From a virus (lineage: Duplodnaviria > Caudoviricetes), in IMG/VR virus record IMGVR_UViG_3300028797_000100, positions 64,001-128,000 of that record: DNA of 64,000 nt; one strand, 5' to 3'. Shown here piece after piece: positions 47,828-58,551 of the stretch. The translations under genes and the position numbers were made by a program. Position 1 is the stretch's first letter; each line of letters starts with the position of its first letter. Below the pieces are notes generated by a model, which searched no databases, was not told the origin of the DNA, and worked only from the letters and a program-made list of their open reading frames with translations.

Positions 47828-49417
47828 TCAATTGACATCCACCATATTATTTTTTGTGAGTTTTATGTTAGCACCACTCTGGTAGAACTTGTGGTTCTCA
47901 ACTAATATGTGATTATCACAGAGCTTTTCTATTCCCTCATTATGACTAATGAAGATAACAGTCATATCTTCTGTGATAACTTCATTGAATAATTCTATAG
48001 CTGCGTATTTTGTTTTGTCATCTAAATTAGATGTTACTTCGTCTAATATAAATAACTTACGAGGATTATTCTTCATCTCAATAACAGCTCGGATTATATT
48101 AATCCTTTGCTTCTGTCCTGATGAAAGTTTGCATCCTCTTTCACCAATTTGTGTATCGAAACCATCCTCAAGATCTGTAAACCAATCATAGAGGTTGAGT
48201 TTCTTAAAGTATTCCTTAATCTCATCTTCTGACACATCATAAGGATTATCAAATATGATATTCCTGATCAATGTGTCATCCAGAGACTCTGTCTCTTGCC
48301 ATACATAGAAAACATCGAGTCTTGGTACGAAACCTGATTTAGGTTCAATACCTCCAGCTAGAAGATTAGCCAATGAGGATTTACCCTCACCACTTTCTCC
48401 TGTGATAAGAGTTTTAGAACCTTTCTTAAACCTAAGATGAGATATCTCAAACTTGACAGATTCCTCACCATAATCAAAGTTGATGTCATCTAAAACAATA
48501 TCATCTTTAACTAAACCTCTAGGTTCTGTATCATCACCCTTGAGATCCTTGATAATCTTTTCTGATGAATCGATCTCAAGTTTATACTCAAAGATTCCCA
48601 GAATGTTGTTTCTGAAATTAACAAGTGCGAAATCTGATACAACAATAAGAGCCATCATTTCTAACGATTGTCTACACAACCATACATTGATGATTAATGG
48701 CGCCATGTAGATTATATCTACAATTCTAAAGACACCTATTCTTGCTGGATTGATACTAGTATACCACGCATCGTTTTGTGCGGCAACAAGTCTTTTTCTG
48801 GCGAATGTTTTCTGACCCAAGTATTTCAATGTTCTAATATTTATAAAGTTATCAGAACATTTACCGTGAAGATCTTCCTTCTTTGCTTTCGCAATTTCTG
48901 AGAACTTCACCACTCGCTCTGCTATTAAAGCAAAAGCAATACCTAACGGTATTGATACCGTTGATATAATTGCTGCAGCTACACTGTAATTCCATTCTTT
49001 ATAGATTAATACCATTGCCGGTGCTACGCTATTCAGAAGTGTAACCATATACAGTTTCTGATCAGCTTTCATCGAAGCCAGATCTTTTGCTACATCAAAT
49101 ATCTTACCCGATGCAACATTGTTAATGTTTGCCATTTTTGAATCCAATACTCTGTCGAGGATTCTCAAATGCTCGGTATTGATCATTCTGGATTTTGCCG
49201 TACCACCGATGAAACGATCGATTGCTGTCATAATCAAGACTAACGAATATCCAACGATTATCATCATGAATATTCTAGTATCGAATCCCTGTGTAATTCT
49301 GGCCTCTTGCACATTAAGCATAGAGGTCACAATGCCGTGTGTAAACTGACTTACGATTATTATCGCAAACATTCCAGCCAGCGGGATTCTTCCCAACCAT
49401 TCTACAAACTTTTTCAT
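47828..49417 (-). CDS. ABC transporter, fused permease/ATPase (exporter type)
   Basis: N-terminal TM helices, Walker A GESGEGKS, signature LSSGQKQR, Walker B FILDE, ISH. ATG at 49417 follows GAAAAGGAG. Confidence 0.9.
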   Translation of the reverse strand: MKKFVEWLGRIPLAGMFAIIIVSQFTHGIVTSMLNVQEARITQGFDTRIFMMIIVGYSLVLIMTAIDRFIGGTAKSRMINTEHLRILDRVLDSKMANINNVASGKIFDVAKDLASMKADQKLYMVTLLNSVAPAMVLIYKEWNYSVAAAIISTVSIPLGIAFALIAERVVKFSEIAKAKKEDLHGKCSDNFINIRTLKYLGQKTFARKRLVAAQNDAWYTSINPARIGVFRIVDIIYMAPLIINVWLCRQSLEMMALIVVSDFALVNFRNNILGIFEYKLEIDSSEKIIKDLKGDDTEPRGLVKDDIVLDDINFDYGEESVKFEISHLRFKKGSKTLITGESGEGKSSLANLLAGGIEPKSGFVPRLDVFYVWQETESLDDTLIRNIIFDNPYDVSEDEIKEYFKKLNLYDWFTDLEDGFDTQIGERGCKLSSGQKQRINIIRAVIEMKNNPRKLFILDEVTSNLDDKTKYAAIELFNEVITEDMTVIFISHNEGIEKLCDNHILVENHKFYQSGANIKLTKNNMVDVN

Positions 49418-49636
49418 TCTTTTACTCCTTTTCTCCAACATACGTTGGTGTCAAAATTTAGAAGACCTTCTCTTTTTAGTCTTCATATTAATAATATATA
49501 TTTGAGTCCAAAAAATAACATATGGTAAGAATGGGACACGTGGACATGTCAATGCCTGGTCAGCATTGTTGTGTTCTATTCTTGTAGCGTGTGATGTAGG
49601 TAGGAGGGGCGAAATGCCCCTCCAAACCCTCCCATC

Positions 49637-51511
49637 TTATTTCAACGCTTCAAATGCTTCTTCAACTGTGTAGATTGGTATATTTGCTCGACGAGCTTTT
49701 GATACCTTACTTGAGACATATCCCTTGTTCGGTATAACCAATGCAATTGTCTTTGATGAGAAGTCTGATACTTCATATCCTCTAGCTGTTAGAACACTAA
49801 TCAGATTCTTATCACGTGTACCAGTGAGTGTAACTCTTCCCTTGGTTGGAATGTTTTCTGGTTTAGACAATACATAGAATGATATGAACTGTATAGCATC
49901 CCTGATTTCATCCCAATATAATGTCAATCCTTCTTTAATCATTGCATATGTATTAACAGAGAATCCATATACATAATCGGGGATACATTCCATCATGAAT
50001 GAATCGACAGTACCATTCTCGATATGATACTTATACTTATTTACAGCCATCATCTCATCGCCATGGAACTTTGCATTGATTACAAGCCTCCATGTCTTTG
50101 CAGATACATCCTTGATTGGCATTGCACCCATCCATTTATCCAAAGGAACATCTTTTGTTGATGATTGGATTGTGTTATATATGTTAACAGCACTCTTTTC
50201 CTTATAACCATCAAGAGTCATTATCCTATCAGGAGTCAATCTATAAAGATCTCCTATACACTGAATCAAATTGGCTTCAAACAATTTCGTTATCGTGTTC
50301 TTTGCTATACCCATCATCTTCATCTTCTCACAATAACGATGAATCATTCCAACTTTCAATCCAGAACACTGTGGGTTAGTACATCTAACAGTCTTCAATG
50401 TCTTGAAGTTGAGATCTGCACCACATATAGGACACTTGGTTGGAATGGGTATAAGTTGGAAACCATCATGATATGTATCAATGAGATATGGCACGATGTT
50501 ATATACTATTCTAACAGTATCATTGAATCTGAGTTCCATCGATTTAACACGAGATAGATTTGCCAAACCAACATGATCAACTGTCACATTATCAAACATA
50601 ACCGGTTCCAGTATACCAACTGGAGTTATCTTTCCGGTCTTTCCATACTGATAGTCAATTCTGATTAATTTAGTTTCCTTGATATTGTTAAGGATCTTGA
50701 TTGCTACCTCATTGGTTATTGATGTATCATACATGTTAACCAATGACACGACCACTCCATCAATAGCATAGGTTGCATCATTAAGTTTAATGGTTGCTCC
50801 ATCTTCAAGTATGTTGTTTACAAACTCATTTATCGCTTCATTATTACCTGCATCTGTTATGATTGATAATTCTGAAGTTGTATAAGATACAAACAATTTC
50901 GAATCATGATAATCTCTCAATGGTACAAGAGTGATATACTTTGCCATATCAATATTCTGTGATGTAAGTGTTGCAGATACAACATCACGAGGACGTTTAT
51001 ACCTTTGATTGAAACCCATTTCTTTATATACTTCATTCGCCATAATGGCTTCACACTTTACAGTCTGAACTTGATCCGGATGATATATTCCTGGATGTGA
51101 ATCAGTCTCACCAAAATATCCCCTGAAAAGTGCAGTTACATTCATCGACTCTCCATTGTCATAATCACCGCGTGTGAAATACTGATTCGTCAATACATCA
51201 TATGCTACAGAGCATCCATCAAACTTAGGCTGTACAACTATTTTTCCAGCCAAAGGAATCTGCTTTGCTTTTAACCAATCATCATATGACTTCTGGTTCT
51301 CTCGTGGAGACAGATATACTTTTGGAAGAGTACCAACAACATCGTTGACATTCGATGATTGCTGCTGTCTAAGATACGGTCTATTGGATTCACCATGTTC
51401 TGCAAGATATTCTTCCAATAGTTTATCATATTCTTCATCAGATATAAGAGGATTACCTCTGTTATATGCTTCAAGATATCTGTCCAGTTCTTCTTTTGTT
51501 ATCATCTTCAA
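49637..51511 (-). CDS. ligA: NAD-dependent DNA ligase
   Basis: AYNRGNPLISDEEYD, QPKFDG (KxDG), TRGD, IDGVVV, GKTGKITPV, Zn finger CPIC..C....C, HhH and BRCT-like C-terminus. Confidence 0.94.
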   Translation of the reverse strand: MKMITKEELDRYLEAYNRGNPLISDEEYDKLLEEYLAEHGESNRPYLRQQQSSNVNDVVGTLPKVYLSPRENQKSYDDWLKAKQIPLAGKIVVQPKFDGCSVAYDVLTNQYFTRGDYDNGESMNVTALFRGYFGETDSHPGIYHPDQVQTVKCEAIMANEVYKEMGFNQRYKRPRDVVSATLTSQNIDMAKYITLVPLRDYHDSKLFVSYTTSELSIITDAGNNEAINEFVNNILEDGATIKLNDATYAIDGVVVSLVNMYDTSITNEVAIKILNNIKETKLIRIDYQYGKTGKITPVGILEPVMFDNVTVDHVGLANLSRVKSMELRFNDTVRIVYNIVPYLIDTYHDGFQLIPIPTKCPICGADLNFKTLKTVRCTNPQCSGLKVGMIHRYCEKMKMMGIAKNTITKLFEANLIQCIGDLYRLTPDRIMTLDGYKEKSAVNIYNTIQSSTKDVPLDKWMGAMPIKDVSAKTWRLVINAKFHGDEMMAVNKYKYHIENGTVDSFMMECIPDYVYGFSVNTYAMIKEGLTLYWDEIRDAIQFISFYVLSKPENIPTKGRVTLTGTRDKNLISVLTARGYEVSDFSSKTIALVIPNKGYVSSKVSKARRANIPIYTVEEAFEALK

Positions 51512-51569
51512 TTACCTCCTTACAAAAATAATATACTATAGGGTCCCCGAAGGGACCCGATAATATATT

Positions 51570-51812
51570 TTAATATTGCTTCCAAGGTCCTGATGATTGA
51601 GGACCATTCTGAAACCAGGGTACTTCATTATTACCCATATCATTAGGCCAATCAACAGGAAAGTTTTCACCAGTTCCACAACGTATCTCACCACGTGCAA
51701 CACATTCCAGAATGGTTTCCATGTCAGCTGCTGCATACTTGGCACCTGGAGTAGTGTTTAAAGGTAAACCATCATCTCCAACCATCGTATCAGTATAAAT
51801 TATTTGTGGCAT
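51570..51812 (-). CDS. Hypothetical protein
   Basis: ORF with a likely ATG at 51812 behind GAAAGGTG. Hairpin GGGTCCC-CGAA-GGGACCC downstream. Confidence 0.65.
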   Translation of the reverse strand: MPQIIYTDTMVGDDGLPLNTTPGAKYAAADMETILECVARGEIRCGTGENFPVDWPNDMGNNEVPWFQNGPQSSGPWKQY

Positions 51813-51866
51813 AATCGTCACACCTTTCATATTATTTATTCATTAAAATAATATGTGTGTGAAATA

Positions 51867-54644
51867 TCACTTTTTAGTCTTAGCGTATTGCTTGTTAGCA
51901 CGATTATTACCAAGAGCACCGGATGTTCTACGATCCTCTGCACCTTCAGGAAGCTTGTTACCAGCATCACGAGAAGCTGTAACATCCTTTACACCTTCCT
52001 TATCAAGAGAAAGCATCTCTGTCAAGTCAGATGTGGCTGCCTTAGTGATTGACATATATGTCTTAACGATTGTCTCCATGTATCCAACATACTTGTTGTA
52101 TGCATTTCTATCCTTATAATAGATACTATTCATATTACCCTGGAGACCCTGCATTACTTCAAGGATCTGATCAGTAACCTGAGAATACTTGCCAGTGATC
52201 ATTGCAAAACACATGAGCTTGTTGTAAACGTTGTTTGATTCGTATATAGCTCTATTAGCTTCTTCGTTCCAAACCTTAACGTTTATCTTCTTATCAGAAT
52301 AACCAAAGAATTCGTTGATGAGAGCATCCTTGTTCTTATCAGTTACAATAACCTTGGTCTTTGTCATGTTAAGACTCCTGATCTTAGCCATACCATCTTC
52401 AATGCTACCATACTTGATAGGATTCTTGATAGTACCATGGTAACCTTGTTCTGTAACTGTAACACCACACTTCTTACCGATATCAACTGACAGTCTATAG
52501 AGGAGGTCTACATACTGCACAGGAATAACCATGTTAAATGCAGCATCAGTATCATTGTAGAAGTAGAAGTATTTTCCTGATTTGAACAAACCGGTTATAC
52601 CATTCTTCTTGATCCACTCCATTCTAGCATGACGATTGATACGATTTCTTTCACTGCTTTCTCTGATGTTAGCTGTGAGAGTAGAAAGTGCTTTAAGAGC
52701 TGCCTTGAATCCTTTAAGTAGTAATGCAAATGGATTAGGTGTACCCTTGAGTTCCTGAGGAGCTCTAGCTGTGTTGACAACCTCTTCCTGGAAGTAAGCT
52801 TCGAGTATAATTCCATACTGTTTAGCAGTATTATCAGCACGGTGATAGTATGCATACATAGATGCTTCCAGAATAATCTCTGCCTGATGAAGCATTGTAA
52901 GAGAGTTGTTTGCAGCATATTCGAGTATCTCGAAATCCATTTCATCAACAGAATCAGATGATGTTTCCATCGATCTCTTGTCAATGGCTGTCTGCATTGC
53001 AGTATGATCATCCATACCGAGCTGGAGAAGTTCCTCATATTCCTTCTTGACTTCAGGATCACGAGGCTCATACTTTTCACCGGTGAATTGAGACTTCTGG
53101 AACATAAGCTGTTCCATGTGGAATCTTTCTTCTCTACCGATATCAGAATACAGACGACGTGCATTTGAATCATGTGAATCCTTGGAGGCATCGAAGTAAT
53201 CATTAATAGCTTCAGCTTCTGCAGCTATGAGCTTATTGAGTATTTCGATTTCCTTAGGATCATAGTCGTTCTGTACATCAGAAGTATCTGTACCGAAGTC
53301 CTTGAGGTCATCTCCTTCAGGAGTTGTTGATCCTTCAAGAGCATCATCAGAAGATGGAGCATCAAGGTCAAGAGAGAAATCAAAATCACCAGATGTGGCA
53401 ATGCTACCGGTATCAGCTGTTTCGTTCTCAGCTTCTATGGCCTCACCAACTGTCTGCTCGTCGGAAACCTCACCATCTTCTTGAACAAATGCCTCATTGA
53501 CGTTCTTTTCACGCCTCTCCATGAGTTTCTTTTTCATTTCTTCAAGTTTAGCCATGCTGTCATCCCTCATTGCCTTTGTTTGAGAATCCAGCAACTCATC
53601 GAAATATTTCTTCGCATGTAGTGATAAAGCTATCTCGGGGCGATCCTTTATCTGATTCCAGACACGCTCACGATTTTCCTTAAGCTCAGCTTCTGTTGGG
53701 TTAACCCATGAACCACATAACTCTTTGAACTGTTTGTCGATACTATCAGCTATAGCCTGACGTACCTCAGGTCTCTGTATCATTTTAGCAGCTTCAGATT
53801 TCATATCAAAAGCTTCCTGAACATAAGATTCCTGACCAAGCTCATGTTTAAGTTTACTATAGAACTCATTTACTTCATCCGGTGATAATTTATCATCAAC
53901 TTCTGTATCATCCGCTGTAACCTCTTCGTTACCGTCTCCAACCTCCTCTGTGTTGTCCTCGGTAGGTTCAGCATCAAGATCAAGATCCCCAGCATCATCA
54001 GCTGTTGGCTCTTCTTCAGTAGCAGGTTCCTCTGGTGCAGGTTCTTCCGTAGGTGTTGCATCTTTTTCGATGACCTGGTGTTTGGACCAATATTCATAAC
54101 TGGCCATGAGATCCTCTACATTTCTAGCGTACATACATAAGTCGACTACCGGGCCTGTTTGTAATGTGCCATATTGGTATTTTTTCTGGAATTCATAAAG
54201 AACGATATAATCGTTCATTTCCCCATTCTCATCACAATCAGCTGTTGCAACAGGAATTACTTTTACAATGAATCCATCAGGTGACTTGATATCCTTTATG
54301 TTATCATTCACTTTCTTGTATTCAGCCGGTATTTCATCAAGACTAAAAAATCTACCGATCTTTGTCATACCAACTTCGTCACCAACTGAAAGACCTTTGA
54401 ATTTTTCAGCTTCACCAGATTCTATGAATTCTTTATGGAATTCCGGTATCTCTGGCATAGCATCAGCAGATGAACCAGCATTATCTGTTGAAGGTTCTTC
54501 TACTGCGGGTTCTTCAACCTCGACGTTTTCATCTGCTTCTTGAACGACTTCATCGTCATCATAGAACATCAATGGATCTCTTACTGAACCTTCCTGAACG
54601 ATAGGTTCGTCAAGATCCATATCGAAAAATTTGTTATCATTCAT
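51867..54644 (-). CDS. Large acidic probable internal virion protein with a ferritin-like segment
   Basis: 925 aa with repeated VQE/FQE motifs. LIAAEAEAINDY...LYSDIGREERFHMEQL. Confidence 0.7.
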   Translation of the reverse strand: MNDNKFFDMDLDEPIVQEGSVRDPLMFYDDDEVVQEADENVEVEEPAVEEPSTDNAGSSADAMPEIPEFHKEFIESGEAEKFKGLSVGDEVGMTKIGRFFSLDEIPAEYKKVNDNIKDIKSPDGFIVKVIPVATADCDENGEMNDYIVLYEFQKKYQYGTLQTGPVVDLCMYARNVEDLMASYEYWSKHQVIEKDATPTEEPAPEEPATEEEPTADDAGDLDLDAEPTEDNTEEVGDGNEEVTADDTEVDDKLSPDEVNEFYSKLKHELGQESYVQEAFDMKSEAAKMIQRPEVRQAIADSIDKQFKELCGSWVNPTEAELKENRERVWNQIKDRPEIALSLHAKKYFDELLDSQTKAMRDDSMAKLEEMKKKLMERREKNVNEAFVQEDGEVSDEQTVGEAIEAENETADTGSIATSGDFDFSLDLDAPSSDDALEGSTTPEGDDLKDFGTDTSDVQNDYDPKEIEILNKLIAAEAEAINDYFDASKDSHDSNARRLYSDIGREERFHMEQLMFQKSQFTGEKYEPRDPEVKKEYEELLQLGMDDHTAMQTAIDKRSMETSSDSVDEMDFEILEYAANNSLTMLHQAEIILEASMYAYYHRADNTAKQYGIILEAYFQEEVVNTARAPQELKGTPNPFALLLKGFKAALKALSTLTANIRESSERNRINRHARMEWIKKNGITGLFKSGKYFYFYNDTDAAFNMVIPVQYVDLLYRLSVDIGKKCGVTVTEQGYHGTIKNPIKYGSIEDGMAKIRSLNMTKTKVIVTDKNKDALINEFFGYSDKKINVKVWNEEANRAIYESNNVYNKLMCFAMITGKYSQVTDQILEVMQGLQGNMNSIYYKDRNAYNKYVGYMETIVKTYMSITKAATSDLTEMLSLDKEGVKDVTASRDAGNKLPEGAEDRRTSGALGNNRANKQYAKTKK

Positions 54645-54649
54645 CTCAA

Positions 54650-56266
54650 TTACTCCTTTTCTCTATAATGTACACCGTAATCTATAGAGCGATATACCTT
54701 ATACTTATTATCATATGCAACGTTACCAATGTGCTGTGAACCAACTTTGATATTGAGACTACCATGTTTTTTCTGATAGTCAGAGAAAACATCATTAACC
54801 TTCTTAGAATATTCTTTCAGCGTCTTGCTAGAAAGATCAAAGTTGCCATGTACACGTTCCATTGCAACTATTGCGTTATTCTTAAAGTCTTTTATAACCG
54901 GAGCAATTAAATCTATTCTATCCATGTCGGTGAATATCTTTGTAAAACGAGATTCAGTTTCATTGGATGTTGTTCCCAGACCGGATAATGCTATCTTAAG
55001 AACTATCGTGTCATTAGGTGGGAAGATAGTTGCACGAGCATGACCAAATATAGGTTTATATTGACCCGTACCACGAATACATTCGTCGGATATCAACCAT
55101 GCATTGTATGCAATATACTTTGGAGGAATGCCAGCCTTAATACAACGACCAACGAATTCATCGAGTAATGCAATAGACTTAATTGACTTATACATTGATG
55201 CATCAATAATGCTCATGTTCTTGAATGCTGACGAGATGTAATTGAGAGATATCTGGATTCTCATCAAAAGACGAACAACCATATTCAGAGAATGGATTGT
55301 CTTTCCATCAATACCTGTTATGTCAACATCAGTACTTGTAAACGCTTCCATATCTGTCAATAACTTTGACGCCCATGCCTGGATTTCCGTAAGTTTTGAC
55401 ATAGGTATCTCATAGAAATGAGATTCTGGTTTAAGGAATATCTTAACGATCCTTGACATTTTGTCAGACTTATTAAGTTCCTTCATATCTTCGGGCTTAC
55501 GATCTTTAACAACCTTCAACGCAAGAGACACAAGTTCTGTTATCTTATCACGAGTTGAATCATGAGTCATGATATGAAGAGCAACCTTTGGTGATGAATA
55601 CCATTCTTTATCCTGACCAGGTATTTCAATCTCTTCACCATCAGCCTTTACATTTGTCTTAGAGAATCTTCCGAATCCGATGTATGATATTTTCAAAGTC
55701 TTTTTATCATCAGAGAAAGATACATCTACATTACGACGTTTCAATGTTATGGTTGTACCTTTTATTTCTGATCTTGAGTCGGCAGGTATTGTTACCGTAA
55801 CACCATCTTCAGTTTCCTGATCTGGCGTAACTTCCTCCTGAACGAAGGATTCTTTTACAACCGCATCAGGTCCTTCTGGTACAATGTATTTTGGATTAAC
55901 CTTTGGAACAGGCCATGCAGCAATATCGTCAGGAACATTGTTCTTTGACTTCAATACTTCTGCAGCTATAGAAGTCACAGATGCAGTTGAACCTTTACCA
56001 GTAATTTCACCTTTGTGATTTGTTATACTTGCTATGAAATTCTTTATACCTTGAACGATGTTATGGATAAAACGTTTTATGGCATTAATTATCTTTTTGA
56101 TTATGCCGTCACTATTTTTAGTAGCGGCGGCATACTCAGCTTCTTCCATAATAATGCACTGTTTATCAATATAATCGACAAGAGATTCCATAACAGAAAT
56201 TTCGGATTCCTGACACAATGTATTCATTGAATCAATAGAATCCAATATAGCAATTTCTGTATTCAT
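54650..56266 (-). CDS. Probable virion protein with a kinase-like C-terminal domain (possible pseudokinase)
   Basis: Paralog of 37038-38765. IVLKIA, SNETE, VAMERV, GSQHIGNV, SIDYG. Confidence 0.65.
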   Translation of the reverse strand: MNTEIAILDSIDSMNTLCQESEISVMESLVDYIDKQCIIMEEAEYAAATKNSDGIIKKIINAIKRFIHNIVQGIKNFIASITNHKGEITGKGSTASVTSIAAEVLKSKNNVPDDIAAWPVPKVNPKYIVPEGPDAVVKESFVQEEVTPDQETEDGVTVTIPADSRSEIKGTTITLKRRNVDVSFSDDKKTLKISYIGFGRFSKTNVKADGEEIEIPGQDKEWYSSPKVALHIMTHDSTRDKITELVSLALKVVKDRKPEDMKELNKSDKMSRIVKIFLKPESHFYEIPMSKLTEIQAWASKLLTDMEAFTSTDVDITGIDGKTIHSLNMVVRLLMRIQISLNYISSAFKNMSIIDASMYKSIKSIALLDEFVGRCIKAGIPPKYIAYNAWLISDECIRGTGQYKPIFGHARATIFPPNDTIVLKIALSGLGTTSNETESRFTKIFTDMDRIDLIAPVIKDFKNNAIVAMERVHGNFDLSSKTLKEYSKKVNDVFSDYQKKHGSLNIKVGSQHIGNVAYDNKYKVYRSIDYGVHYREKE

Positions 56267-56282
56267 TCATTAGTCACTCTCC

Positions 56283-57080
56283 TTAATCTTTATTGGCATT
56301 ATTCAAGGACTTCCATCCTTCAGTATCTATACCGAACTTATGAGCACGACGTAAGATCTTTCCAGCAACTTCCTTGCGGTACTTGTTAGGTACACCACGA
56401 GGAAACATTCTTGCTGCGGCCTTAACATGTGCTTCATCATTTATAGGATACTTGCGTATCTTTTCACCAGAAGCATCCTTATATACTAATGCAAAATCAG
56501 AATCATCCAATTCTTTTCTAGTCTTAGCTTTCATTTTAGCTTCTTGGAAGAAATGATCAAATTCTGATAATGGTTCATATGATTCGTTCATTTGTTTCAC
56601 ATCCTTATCCCAATCTTCAATATATGACTTGTAGAAGTCATTACTCAAAAGGAGGTCTTTCATAGTTTTGAAATCACCTCCACAAAGACGATTGCATATA
56701 GCCAACAATTTTGGATTTTCATTAAATCCTGAATTGATATAACGTTCGATTTGTCCGTTCTCTTTTATCATGAAATTTATTTCATGATCATCAAGATTGA
56801 TGTATTCATTCCAATAAGTATCCTGAATATGATCCGTGATGTATTTCTCCCATATAGAAGCTTTATCAGAATTAAATCTAACCTTGTAGTCACCATCATC
56901 TTCAGTGATTTCAAAACCATCTTTTTTCAAATCATATATGGAATCATCAACTCCCATTGCATATGATATGCAATTGAGATCTTTATCGGTTGCTGATTCA
57001 CAATAGCAATCATCAGGATCCTTATCTTCAAAGTCGTCAACTTCTGCGGTACCAGTTGTATTGTCTTTAGTCGGTTCCAT
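56283..57080 (-). CDS. Probable virion protein with a C-terminal DUF6582-like domain
   Basis: TRKELDDSDFAL...RKYPINDEAHVKAAARMF...ILRRAHKFGID. Start at 57080 behind GGAGG (57095 is an alternative). Confidence 0.65.
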   Translation of the reverse strand: MEPTKDNTTGTAEVDDFEDKDPDDCYCESATDKDLNCISYAMGVDDSIYDLKKDGFEITEDDGDYKVRFNSDKASIWEKYITDHIQDTYWNEYINLDDHEINFMIKENGQIERYINSGFNENPKLLAICNRLCGGDFKTMKDLLLSNDFYKSYIEDWDKDVKQMNESYEPLSEFDHFFQEAKMKAKTRKELDDSDFALVYKDASGEKIRKYPINDEAHVKAAARMFPRGVPNKYRKEVAGKILRRAHKFGIDTEGWKSLNNANKD

Positions 57081-57084
57081 ATGG

Positions 57085-58551
57085 TTAACCTCCAAGATTC
57101 ATAATATTTGCAAACCTACCACTTCTACCAGGATTGAGCATTCTAGCAAGACCCATCATTCCCATAGATGTTGCACCAGGTAAGAATTCTTCAAAAGGTT
57201 TATGGAAGAATATCATTGCTACTAGCATAACAGTAACAGTGATAGGTCCACCAGCAATCATTGCACTAATGTCACCATTATAAGCCTTTGCATTGAAAGG
57301 ACAATCTTCCCAACGGTATGTCTCTTCCTTGATGTTATCAAGAACAGCAGTACGTGTTAATGCCATAGTCTTGTTCAACTTAACACCATATTCTTTACGG
57401 AGTACAGTATCCTGATCAGAGAACTTATCAAACTCAGCATCAAGTACATCCATTTCTTTACCAAAATCCTCGATATCTCTTATAATCGCTTTTGGATTGA
57501 AGTTCACAATACCGGTGACTGCTCTAACAAGAAGATTGAATACAGTTGATACAGTAAACAAACCAATTGTTGCAGGAATAGTGATGAACTTTTCAGATCC
57601 ATATATAACCGCCTTAAGATTATCAGCAGATAAGTAATCTCTACCAGAGAGAAGATTATAACCTTTACCGAAAGTCTCAGCAAATTTCTCCAAGAGATCA
57701 ATATCCATTTCAGCCTTAATAGTATTATTACTATCGATCTTTTGTTGTGCTCGTTCTCTTGTGTAATTATCAATAGACTTAGTCTTCTTGATAGCCTTTG
57801 CATCACCAAAAGACTTACCAGTTGTAGCAATAAGACCTATCGTACTTACAGCATTCTTATCGATACCCTGGAAGTTATCATTCTTAGTGATATCATTTAC
57901 AGCATCCCGTAATTTACGTAACTCATCCTTTGATGCACCTATACATGTTACCTTAACAATGTTCTCTACATCTGTCTTACTAAGCATACGTGTGAACTTA
58001 TCATCAGCGAATACTTTACGACGAAGCTGTTTAACGAAATCCTGTACAGCTTTATCATTTGCTTTGACATTTTCGTTCAATTCCTTTTCACGAACAACTT
58101 GTCCCTTCATGTATTCCTCTTCTTCTTTTTCTTGTTCAGACTTTCTATCGAACAAACCTTCTTGGAATACTTCGGCAGATATCTGATCTTCCATGTATTC
58201 TTTGAATATATTAGAAGAGAACATTTTGTTGAGTTCATCAACAATGAGAAGAGCATTGTAGGATTGTATGTACTTTGTCTTATTGACAGTAACACATCTC
58301 AGGAACAATCCTTTTATCTTAGCGCACACATTTTTGAAGAACAATATTACCTTTTTGAATAATGCCTTTATTGAAAAACCATTCTCACCATCCTCCATGT
58401 ATATAGAGAATGATTCTTGAATTATGTCTTCACTATAATCTTCATTAGATATTATAGCTAAAGCTTTCTCATAGCTTTCACATACAGCAATCAAGACATC
58501 TATTTCGGATCTAAATGTAACTTCATCAATGTAGTTCAATATGTCATTCAT
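57085..58551 (-). CDS. Probable internal virion protein
   Basis: N-terminus resembles the kinase-like paralogs (ILNYIDE..SEIDV..ESYEK..QES..FKKVILFFKN). Hydrophobic C-terminal segments. Confidence 0.7.
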   Translation of the reverse strand: MNDILNYIDEVTFRSEIDVLIAVCESYEKALAIISNEDYSEDIIQESFSIYMEDGENGFSIKALFKKVILFFKNVCAKIKGLFLRCVTVNKTKYIQSYNALLIVDELNKMFSSNIFKEYMEDQISAEVFQEGLFDRKSEQEKEEEEYMKGQVVREKELNENVKANDKAVQDFVKQLRRKVFADDKFTRMLSKTDVENIVKVTCIGASKDELRKLRDAVNDITKNDNFQGIDKNAVSTIGLIATTGKSFGDAKAIKKTKSIDNYTRERAQQKIDSNNTIKAEMDIDLLEKFAETFGKGYNLLSGRDYLSADNLKAVIYGSEKFITIPATIGLFTVSTVFNLLVRAVTGIVNFNPKAIIRDIEDFGKEMDVLDAEFDKFSDQDTVLRKEYGVKLNKTMALTRTAVLDNIKEETYRWEDCPFNAKAYNGDISAMIAGGPITVTVMLVAMIFFHKPFEEFLPGATSMGMMGLARMLNPGRSGRFANIMNLGG

